Source: an uncultured bacterium
GTDB lineage: Bacteria > Hydrogenedentota > Hydrogenedentia > Hydrogenedentales > JAEUWI01
Direction of reading: 5' to 3'
Assembly: GCA_963977445.1 (NCBI GenBank)
Contig: CAXBPH010000193.1
Span: 1-13,534, forward strand
DNA length: 13,534 bases
The position numbers were made by a program, and so were the translations under genes. This document shows positions 1-7,090 of the stretch, piece after piece; within the stretch, counting starts at the first letter, position 1; every line of letters starts with the position of its first letter. Below the pieces are notes generated by a model. It saw only the letters and a program-made list of their open reading frames with translations, searched no databases and had not been told where the DNA came from.

Positions 1-17
1 GCAGTTTGCTTTGTTTT

Positions 18-38
18 CGCTGCGCGTTTCCCGCAGCG
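18..38 (-). promoter_or_regulatory. boxB-like hairpin (putative rRNA operon leader)
   Basis: Minus strand CGCTGCG-GGAAACG-CGCAGCG is a 7-bp stem with GAAA in the loop, just downstream of the 46-74 promoter. The minus strand leaves the window as ...AAACTGC, compatible with the first bases of boxA (TGCTCTTT). Confidence 0.45.
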
Positions 39-45
39 GACAGTA

Positions 46-74
46 AGGATATCAAAATTGCAGCCTGTTGTCAA
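46..74 (-). promoter_or_regulatory. sigma70-type promoter (P3 of three)
   Basis: TTGACA (74-69), 17-nt spacer, TATCCT (51-46), with an extended -10 TG. Confidence 0.65.
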
Positions 75-359
75 GCTTTAATTTAGTGTCCGGCGATTGG
101 TGCCAAACAACTTAAGGTCACTGCGAACAGCGGATGTGAAGCTTAGCAAAGGGACGAGCACTATATCAAGCGACTCGCCAATTGCATTTACCAGACAAGG
201 CCTGGATTCAATCCACTGCTATCACGGAGCAAATCCGAAGCAAGTGTACTATGCGATGTTTCAAGTAACTGTCGTCGCGCCTGCCAGGCAGGTCGCAACC
301 GGTATTCCTTCGCACCACTCGGAGAGCGGTGCGCCACCAACGTTGCCGTCAATGTGCTA

Positions 360-389
360 ATAGTAGCAAATCTCGAAAAGCAATGTCAA
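360..389 (-). promoter_or_regulatory. sigma70-type promoter (P2 of three)
   Basis: TTGACA (389-384), 18-nt spacer, TACTAT (365-360), with an extended -10 TG. Confidence 0.6.
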
Positions 390-641
390 CTAATTACCTA
401 ACTCTTTATTGCTTCACCGAAGTGAAGCGCGAAGAGTTTAAAAACCTGGAACGCACCAAAGCGCGTTTCACGTTATATTCAATTGTTCATCGTTGAGGGA
501 CCGAAGTACCCTCAGGGCATTTTTCCTCTTCACGAGAGAATAACTCTTAAAGCAATTAAATCTCTAATCGTTTTCTTTTTTTGCGGAGTTTTCGCTAACA
601 ATGAAGTACGTAAACCAACGCTCGCTCTACAGAGGACGCGC

Positions 642-671
642 AGTATGCCACTTGAGGGTGGATCATGTCAA
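642..671 (-). promoter_or_regulatory. sigma70-type promoter (P1 of three) with GC-rich discriminator
   Basis: TTGACA (671-666), 18-nt spacer, CATACT (647-642), extended -10 TG, followed by GCGCGTCC. Confidence 0.6.
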
Positions 672-828
672 CCACCAATCCGATTTATTTCCCATCATCG
701 GCATATTATCGGTGGTGGAGGTCAAAATTGGTGTCCAATGGGGTATTATGGGGTGGTTTCCGTAGAAATGCGGGCCGGTAATTGGGTCATTCCCTGGTAC
801 CAGCCACCAACACCGAGAGGGAAGAATC

Positions 829-1119
829 ATGAGTCAACGCCCCAGGATTGAGATCCACTACTGTGATCAGTGCCGATGGATGCTTCGGGCTACCTGGTAT
901 GCCCAGGAATTGCTGACCACATTTCAGGGACAATTGGGTGAAGTGGCTCTCGTGCCCGGTACGGGCGGGGTGTTTCAGGTCTTCTGTGAAGGGCACCGCC
1001 TGTGGGACCGAAAGGAAATGGGGGGATTTCCGGAGGCAAAAGACCTGAAACAACGGGTTCGGGACCAGATAGCCCCGGACCAGTCCCTTGGGCACAGTGA
1101 CCGAAAGGACGGGGACTAA
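829..1119 (+). CDS. SelT/SelW/SelH (Rdx) family redoxin, Cys form
   Basis: 96 aa with IEIHYCDQCRWMLRATWYAQELLTTF, LVPGTGGVF, LWDRK and GGFPEAKDLKQRVRD, the characteristic bacterial SelW-like motifs. CxxC with no in-frame TGA. Purine-rich RBS upstream. Confidence 0.93.
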   Translation: MSQRPRIEIHYCDQCRWMLRATWYAQELLTTFQGQLGEVALVPGTGGVFQVFCEGHRLWDRKEMGGFPEAKDLKQRVRDQIAPDQSLGHSDRKDGD

Positions 1120-3119
1120 TCCCGGGTCCGTCCGTACCAGCGGGCGATGCGGTCCGGGGATAGGCCTATAAAAAAGGCCCCGAAGCTGACGATGTTCTTT
1201 GTGGTGAGCCGTAAGCGGCCTTCTTTCAGCCACCTGCGGGATGAGGTTCGCACCCGAGCGGGTACGGTTACAATGGTCCCCTTTTCTTTGGCCCGTCGCA
1301 CCAAATCCAGGTCCTCGAGGATGGGGATATCTTCTATATAGCCCCCCAAGTCGTCGTATACCTCACGGCGCATAAACAAGGCCTGATCGCCGTAAGGCAT
1401 GTTCAGCCAGCGACTTCGGAGGTTCGCCGTCGCCTCGATCCAACGAAACCCCAGTCCGGGGCCATCAATTCCGAGGGAGAAAGCCCCCAGCGACACGTCA
1501 GAAAAGGACAATACGCGACGAACCCAGGCTTCGAAATCACGGGGCAGCTGGGTATCGGCGTGCAAAAACAGGAGTAGGCTACCCGAGCTGGCTTCAACGC
1601 CGGCGGTCATCTGGCGAGCGCGCCCACGGCCACTGGTGACGACGGTGGCACCCAATTCCACCGCTCTTCGGGTCGTTTCATCCGTGCTGCCGCCATCAAC
1701 GACGATAACTTCGACGTTTGCTGCGTACTTTATCCCCGTCAGCAGCGTGCCCAATCGCTCCGACTCATTTAATGTCGGGATGATAATGCTTATCGAATTC
1801 CGCTTCTGGGCCCCTTCCCACACCGCTAAATCGGCGGGGAAATCGACATCATGTCGGATGGGCAACTCAAAGACACGGAGATTGAGCGCCTTCGCCCGGG
1901 CCCGGGTGGCATTGAGCACCGTATCGGTCCCCCACTCCATTTCACCAAAGAAGGCATCCAGATCATCCAGCGGACTATGAATCGCCATGCCTATCAGATA
2001 GTACCCCCCATCGCTCGCCGGCCCCAGCACCAAATCGTGCTCATCGAGGGCTTCAAAGGCCGCCGTAGTCAGGGCACTATCCAAATCGGGGCAATCCGAA
2101 CCTGCTAGGACGACTTTTCCATAGGCCTTGGAAAAGCCATCCTCAACTACCCGGGCCATACGCGCCCCCAGGTCCCCTTCACCTTGGGCCGCATAAAGTA
2201 GCGTCGGCCCCAACCACGAGGTCATGGCGGCCCGCTCCGCCCCCGTATATTGGACCTGCGTATCTACGTCCGGGCGGATTGGTGGCGCGACCGTCACACT
2301 GTGTTTGGTCATGGCCCGTTGCAACTCGGCGGCGCCTTCTTCGCCCAGGGCCGGAATCAGTCGTGTTTTTGTGGTCCCTGCTTCTGGATAGCGACTGAAA
2401 AGAACCAGCAAACCCGTCTTCAGGGTTGGCCGTGCAAAAATGGCGGAGAAGAATATGGTGCTCAAAATCTTGTAGCCCGCCCCAATGACTCCCCGGATGG
2501 TACCGGATACCTTGGAAATGCCAACCCGTTTACGATACGAAACGGGCACTTCATCGGCAGGTACCCCGTGCAACGCCGCCTTAATCTGCATTTCCACCGT
2601 CCAGCCATAGTCCTGATCAGCCATACCCAGTTGGAGCAAGGTGCGGTATCGGATGGCCCGAAAAGGTCCGAGGTCGGTGTAGCGAATTCCCCAGAAGAAA
2701 CGGATAAGCCTGGTGGCCAGCCAGTTTCCGAAATGGGCCTGGGGCGTCAGGGCCCCCCGCTCACGCTCGCCACGGGTACGGGAGCCGATCATCATATCCA
2801 CCTCCCCCTGAATGATTGGGTCGACGAGGAGGGTCATTTCTTCGGGGTAATCGCTGTAATCACCATCCAGAAACACCACTATATCCGGCGTGCCGAGGGC
2901 GGCCATTCCCGCAAGGCAGGCGGCTCCATAGCCCCGTTGCCCTTCCCACACGACCCGCGCTCCGTGGGCGACGGCTTCTGCCCCCGTCCCATCGGTGGAA
3001 CCGTTATCCACGACAATGATGTCATCCACCCACTGGGGGATGGCGTCGATAACCTTCCCGATGGATGCTTCTTCATTGAGCACGGGGATAATAATGGCGA
3101 CGACGTGTTCGTTTCGCAT
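1116..3119 (-). CDS. Triple glycosyltransferase fusion: GT2 (DPM1-like) + TIGR04282/DUF2064-like + TIGR04283-like GT2
   Basis: Domain 1: IIIPVLNEE, VVDNGSTDGT, GYGAAC, FLDGDYSD, TDLGPFRAI. Domain 2: FSRYPEAGTTKTRL, QGEGDLGARM, GSDCP, LGPASDGGYYLIG, DVDFPADL. Domain 3: SIIIPTLNE, VVDGGSTD, FLHADT, PYGDQALF, EDLDL, TSSRRW. Start set at ATG 3119 because AAGGAG lies at 3129-3124 (667 aa). Confidence 0.9.
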   Translation of the reverse strand: MRNEHVVAIIIPVLNEEASIGKVIDAIPQWVDDIIVVDNGSTDGTGAEAVAHGARVVWEGQRGYGAACLAGMAALGTPDIVVFLDGDYSDYPEEMTLLVDPIIQGEVDMMIGSRTRGERERGALTPQAHFGNWLATRLIRFFWGIRYTDLGPFRAIRYRTLLQLGMADQDYGWTVEMQIKAALHGVPADEVPVSYRKRVGISKVSGTIRGVIGAGYKILSTIFFSAIFARPTLKTGLLVLFSRYPEAGTTKTRLIPALGEEGAAELQRAMTKHSVTVAPPIRPDVDTQVQYTGAERAAMTSWLGPTLLYAAQGEGDLGARMARVVEDGFSKAYGKVVLAGSDCPDLDSALTTAAFEALDEHDLVLGPASDGGYYLIGMAIHSPLDDLDAFFGEMEWGTDTVLNATRARAKALNLRVFELPIRHDVDFPADLAVWEGAQKRNSISIIIPTLNESERLGTLLTGIKYAANVEVIVVDGGSTDETTRRAVELGATVVTSGRGRARQMTAGVEASSGSLLLFLHADTQLPRDFEAWVRRVLSFSDVSLGAFSLGIDGPGLGFRWIEATANLRSRWLNMPYGDQALFMRREVYDDLGGYIEDIPILEDLDLVRRAKEKGTIVTVPARVRTSSRRWLKEGRLRLTTKNIVSFGAFFIGLSPDRIARWYGRTRD

Positions 3120-3438
3120 GGGACTCCTTATTGAACGCGGAGCGCGAGACACGCACCGAGGCGATTCAGCTTATGGTCTATGGGATGCTATCAGATGGGC
3201 GGGGTATGGTGACAGGGTAAAGGGGTTGTCCCTCCGCTAAGATTTATTCGTTCAGTCTCCAAATGATGCCACTTCACTCCAGAATTGACATAAGGTGGGG
3301 ATATAACGAATAGAATAGCGGGGGTCGTGGTGCGCGCACCCTGATCGTCCGAGTCGTGGGACTCAACTACCTGGACGATACCCCTGGTAAATCAATCTTT
3401 TATCCTACTAACCAGATTATTTTTGGAATAGCTGCATC

Positions 3439-5406
3439 ATGACCGAACCTTCCGCAATTCTTCTCGTAACCGGTATCCTCGTCTTCGCCAGCATCCTGGC
3501 AAGCAGAATATCGGATCGCCTGGGACTCCCTGCATTGGTTGTCTTTATTTGTATTGGCATGCTCGCAGGGTCCGATGGGCCGGGCGGCATCTACTTTGAG
3601 AATGCGGCAACAGCCAATTTTGTAGGTACTATCGCCTTGGCCTTCATCCTCTTTTCGGGCGGACTCGATACCAATTGGCGATTAATTCGACCCGTGCTGC
3701 TGCGGGGAATGATCCTTTCCACGGGCGGCGTCGTCATCACTGCGGTGATGATGGGACTCTTCGCGTGGCTTGTTTTCGGTTTTTCTCCTCTCGTCGCCCT
3801 GTTGCTCGGTGCCATCATTTCGTCTACCGACGCGGCGGCCGTGTTTTCCGTATTGCGCGGTAAAGGGGTTGGGTTAAAGGGCAACCTGCGGCCTCTGCTG
3901 GAATTTGAGTCGGGCAGCAACGACCCCATGGCCATTTTCCTGACGCTGAGTTTAACCCAACTCCTCACCACACCCGATACTCCCTGGACGAGTCTGGTGT
4001 CGTCTTTCTTTGTTAATATGCTGCTCGGTGTTCTCGTCGGTCTTGCCATCGGTCGTTTTGCTGCGTTTATTCTGAATCGAATCCGCCTGGATTATGAAGG
4101 TCTATACCCGGTAGTTAGCCTGAGCCTGGTTTTGCTGACCTTTGGTGCTGCGGAAATCCTTCACGGCAATGGATTTCTCGCCGTTTACGTCTGCGGCATC
4201 ATCCTGAATGGCGTCGATTTCGCCCACAAACGCTACGTCGCAAAATTTCACGATGGTATTGCCTGGCTGATGCAAATCGGCATGTTCCTGGTGCTTGGGC
4301 TTCTGGTTTTCCCCTCGGAGCTCCCTCAGGTTGCGCTGATATCGCTTATCGCCGCCCTGTTCCTCATGTTCGTCGCCCGTCCCGTGGCCGTATTTCTATG
4401 CCTGTGGGGGAGTGAATTCTCACGGAACGACCGTCTACTCGTTTCCTGGACCGGGCTTCGTGGTGCGGTGCCCATCGTTTTGGCGACGTATCCGCTGATG
4501 GCGGGCTTTGAACAGTCGTCACTTATCTTCGACATCGTATTTTTCATTGTCCTTACCTCGGTTATGATCCAGGGCGCGCTCCTTATGCCTATTGCCCGTA
4601 AGCTCCGAGTGGACGAGCCCCTTGCCACTCGACCGACCTTTTCCCTTTCCATTGAGCGGAAAGGCGTCCTCCAAGGCGAGACGCGTGAGGTGGAAATCCT
4701 GCCCGATATGGGTGTCGTTGGCAAGCGCATAGCCGATCTGGAGGTCCCGGCGGACATCTTAATCTTACTTATCGGGCGGGGCGATGGCTATGTCGTGCCC
4801 CGCGGACAGACCCTGATTCAACCTTATGACACCTTGCTCCTCCTGGGTAATGGCACCTTGCTGAAAGAAACGCAGGCCAGCCTCCTCCTGCCGGTGCCTC
4901 CAAAGCGCAAAGCATCGCCGGAAATTGATCCCCTTGCCTCGTTGCCCCTGTCGACGACCGCGCCCTATCTTGCCAAACAAGTGGTGCTGGTCGGCTACGG
5001 TCGGGTTGGCCGGGAAATCGAATCCCGCCTCTCGGCCCAGGGTGTGCCGACGGTAGTCGTGGATACGTCCCGGGAAATTGTTGAAAAACTGCGGAGCGAA
5101 AAGAAAGCGGCGGTGGTCGGAGATGCGACCGATGCGATGGTACTCGTTCAGGCACATATCGCCACGGCCGCTATCCTCATTGTCGCGACGCCCGATACCA
5201 TCAAGGTGCGCCGTATGCTTGAAGTCGCGAAAGCCATCAACCCGGCCATTGATGTGGCGGTGCGATCGCATAATGAAAAACAGGCCATACAACTTGAACG
5301 CGAAGGCGTGGGAACGATATTTGTTGGCGAACGTATCCTGGCGGGTGCCATTGTCCAACACGTCGTAGCCACGTTGGCATTGCCTGCGAAGCGTGGCGAA
5401 GCCTGA
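3439..5406 (+). CDS. cvrA: Potassium/proton antiporter (CPA1, CvrA/NhaP2 family) with TrkA-C and an additional TrkA-N domain
   Basis: GMLAGSDGPGGIYF, ILFSGGLDT, SSTDAAAVFS, LEFESGSNDPMAIFLT and WTGLRGAVPIVLA are NhaP2/CvrA signatures. TrkA-C-like VVPRGQTLIQPYDTL is followed by Rossmann VVLVGYGRVG...GDAT. Confidence 0.9.
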   Translation: MTEPSAILLVTGILVFASILASRISDRLGLPALVVFICIGMLAGSDGPGGIYFENAATANFVGTIALAFILFSGGLDTNWRLIRPVLLRGMILSTGGVVITAVMMGLFAWLVFGFSPLVALLLGAIISSTDAAAVFSVLRGKGVGLKGNLRPLLEFESGSNDPMAIFLTLSLTQLLTTPDTPWTSLVSSFFVNMLLGVLVGLAIGRFAAFILNRIRLDYEGLYPVVSLSLVLLTFGAAEILHGNGFLAVYVCGIILNGVDFAHKRYVAKFHDGIAWLMQIGMFLVLGLLVFPSELPQVALISLIAALFLMFVARPVAVFLCLWGSEFSRNDRLLVSWTGLRGAVPIVLATYPLMAGFEQSSLIFDIVFFIVLTSVMIQGALLMPIARKLRVDEPLATRPTFSLSIERKGVLQGETREVEILPDMGVVGKRIADLEVPADILILLIGRGDGYVVPRGQTLIQPYDTLLLLGNGTLLKETQASLLLPVPPKRKASPEIDPLASLPLSTTAPYLAKQVVLVGYGRVGREIESRLSAQGVPTVVVDTSREIVEKLRSEKKAAVVGDATDAMVLVQAHIATAAILIVATPDTIKVRRMLEVAKAINPAIDVAVRSHNEKQAIQLEREGVGTIFVGERILAGAIVQHVVATLALPAKRGEA

Positions 5407-5577
5407 TGGGCGCTCTTCGTTGCAATTCAAAATGAGCCTTTGCCGCCCCCAGGCAGTCTGTTTTTCGAAAACAGGTAAGAAAATGAGGCCCGAGAATCGC
5501 CTGTATGGGACGATCTCGATGTATATCGAGGTTAAGGTAGGGTAGATTCTGGCGCCTACGTCGGCGAATGGGGCTTT

Positions 5578-6108
5578 TTAGATCACCCCCAGGCGGGTAA
5601 GACGTTCGCTCACGGGCTTCCCGTCGAGCCAGACTGACTTGAGCGGGGGCACCGAGGTATCGGCGGCACCATCCCATATAACTTCGATGAGCACTTCCCG
5701 ATTCTCGATCATGACCCGTTTCTGCACGCGGGAGCGCGCCATATGAATAAAGGCCGTTGGAACGATGGGGTGGTCTTTGCTCTGAACCGTTACCACGGCG
5801 GAGAGCGCCTCGTCGTCGCAGGTAAGGTGGAAGAATACGGGCCCTACCGTTCGCAGTCCCCGTGGCAGGACATATTCGAATTCCCCTTTGACCACCGACT
5901 TGCACGAACTATAGGTGTCGGTCACGGTCATTGCGGTTGAGGTAATCTGAAAACGGGGGCACCGAATCTCGAGGGGCCCGTCGATGGCCTTGAGACAGAC
6001 GGTCACCGCCCCGTCTCCTTCAACAAAATAGGCCGCCGGAGTCAGCAGGTAGACGCCAACGGGAATTACAACGATCAGTACGACCAGAGTGATGAACAGG
6101 TGTTTCAT
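5578..6108 (-). CDS. Hypothetical protein with N-terminal membrane anchor or signal (176 aa)
   Basis: The ORF 5578-6240 is open. The most plausible start is ATG 6108 (MKHLFITLVVLIVVIPVGVYLL: basic residue plus hydrophobic stretch), followed by a beta-rich-looking soluble domain. No family recognised; start uncertain. Confidence 0.6.
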   Translation of the reverse strand: MKHLFITLVVLIVVIPVGVYLLTPAAYFVEGDGAVTVCLKAIDGPLEIRCPRFQITSTAMTVTDTYSSCKSVVKGEFEYVLPRGLRTVGPVFFHLTCDDEALSAVVTVQSKDHPIVPTAFIHMARSRVQKRVMIENREVLIEVIWDGAADTSVPPLKSVWLDGKPVSERLTRLGVI

Positions 6109-6469
6109 CTTGTCCACAAGCTCACGTGCCGTCATCATGTGCCCCAAATGGTTGTGCCGCCCCCCTTGGGACGGTTTTTGCATTGCCGTATTCGTGGGTC
6201 CCTGATAGTAAGTAAAAGATATCCCGTAGTCTTTTTGCAACTATCGTTTCAGACTACCCGAATCGCCAACTCCGTCCTTCCCCTGCCAGGCTCCCCCATC
6301 ACCTATTCACTTCAGGTGCCAGCGACGCTTCTGGTCTCCTTTCGATACCATAGCCCCATAACAAGGCAATCTATTGGTGTCGGTTTTTCGCGGATGAAGA
6401 GGCCTCCGCACCCCGAGTTTACTACGTAACAAACTGTCAACAAATAACTTAGCAGAAGTAGACGATTCT

Positions 6470-6485
6470 TGGCACGGGATTGGCT
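6470..6485 (+). promoter_or_regulatory. sigma54 (RpoN) -24/-12 promoter for the peptide cluster
   Basis: TGGCACGGGATTGGCT: GG at 6471-72 and GC at 6483-84 are separated by exactly 10 nt, one mismatch to TGGCACG-N4-TTGCW. About 100 nt upstream of the first peptide ATG. Confidence 0.7.
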
Positions 6486-6586
6486 TTAAGTCCAGATGCG
6501 CAACGGAATACGGGGCGCGCGACAGTTAAAGAACGTAACGCAACGGAATGCAACAACAGCCTCGTGCAGGGGCGGAGGAAACTATT

Positions 6587-6766
6587 ATGGCTTCTATCAA
6601 CGTAAACGATATCAACGAAGAAATGACCTTGAGCGACGAAGAAATGGTCCACGTAAAGGGTGGCCCAGCCTATATTAAGTTCGGTGATATCAAAGGCGAA
6701 GTGGCAGACTCTCGTAGGGTCCCAACGGAAAACTTCTCCCTCAATTTCGAAAAAATCCGCTACTAG
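6587..6766 (+). CDS. Double-glycine-leader peptide 1 (59 aa) with Hcp-like core
   Basis: GGAGGA at 6574-79, 7 nt before ATG. Leader MASINVNDINEEMTLSDEEMVHVKGG, core PAYIKFGDIKGEVADSRRVPTENFSLNFEKIRY. Paralogous to the two downstream ORFs. Confidence 0.88.
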   Translation: MASINVNDINEEMTLSDEEMVHVKGGPAYIKFGDIKGEVADSRRVPTENFSLNFEKIRY

Positions 6767-6838
6767 ATTCGCGCTACAGCGACTTCACCTTACTTGTAAA
6801 ACAACAATATATCCCGTGCAGGGATGGAGGAATTTATC

Positions 6839-7018
6839 ATGGCTTCTATCAACGTAAACGACATCAACGAAGAAATGACCATCAGCGACGAAGAGGTTAC
6901 CAGCGTAAAAGGCGGTGCTGGCTATTTAAAGATCGGTGATATCAAAGGCGAAGTGGCGGGCTCCCGTACGATCCCGACGGAAAACTTTTCCCTCAATTAC
7001 GAAAAAATCCGCTTCTAG
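6839..7018 (+). CDS. Double-glycine-leader peptide 2 (59 aa) with Hcp-like core
   Basis: GGAGGA at 6826-31. Leader ends ISDEEVTSVKGG, core AGYLKIGDIKGEVAGSRTIPTENFSLNYEKIRF. 46/59 aa identical to copy 1 (hand count). Confidence 0.88.
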   Translation: MASINVNDINEEMTISDEEVTSVKGGAGYLKIGDIKGEVAGSRTIPTENFSLNYEKIRF

Positions 7019-7090
7019 AACCGCATTGCGGCGACTTCAATTTACTCGTAAATCAACAATGTATCCCGTGCAGGGATGGAGGAATTTATC

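Noticed and set aside
97..851. ORFs 97-360 and 483-851
   Set aside because: TTG starts without RBS and no recognisable protein features. The region is better explained by minus-strand promoters and RNA hairpins.
829..1119. Selenoprotein with Sec/SECIS
   Set aside because: The motif is CDQC encoded TGT/TGC, with no in-frame TGA.
3285..3316. TTGACA...TAGAAT promoter for cvrA
   Set aside because: The spacer is 20 nt (11 nt to the alternative TATAAC), outside the normal 16-18 range.
6548..7090. Longer starts in the ORF track (6548, 6824, 7076)
   Set aside because: GGAGGA lies 7 nt upstream of the MASIN ATG in all three copies. The upstream ATGs overlap or precede the SD and are not shared by all copies.
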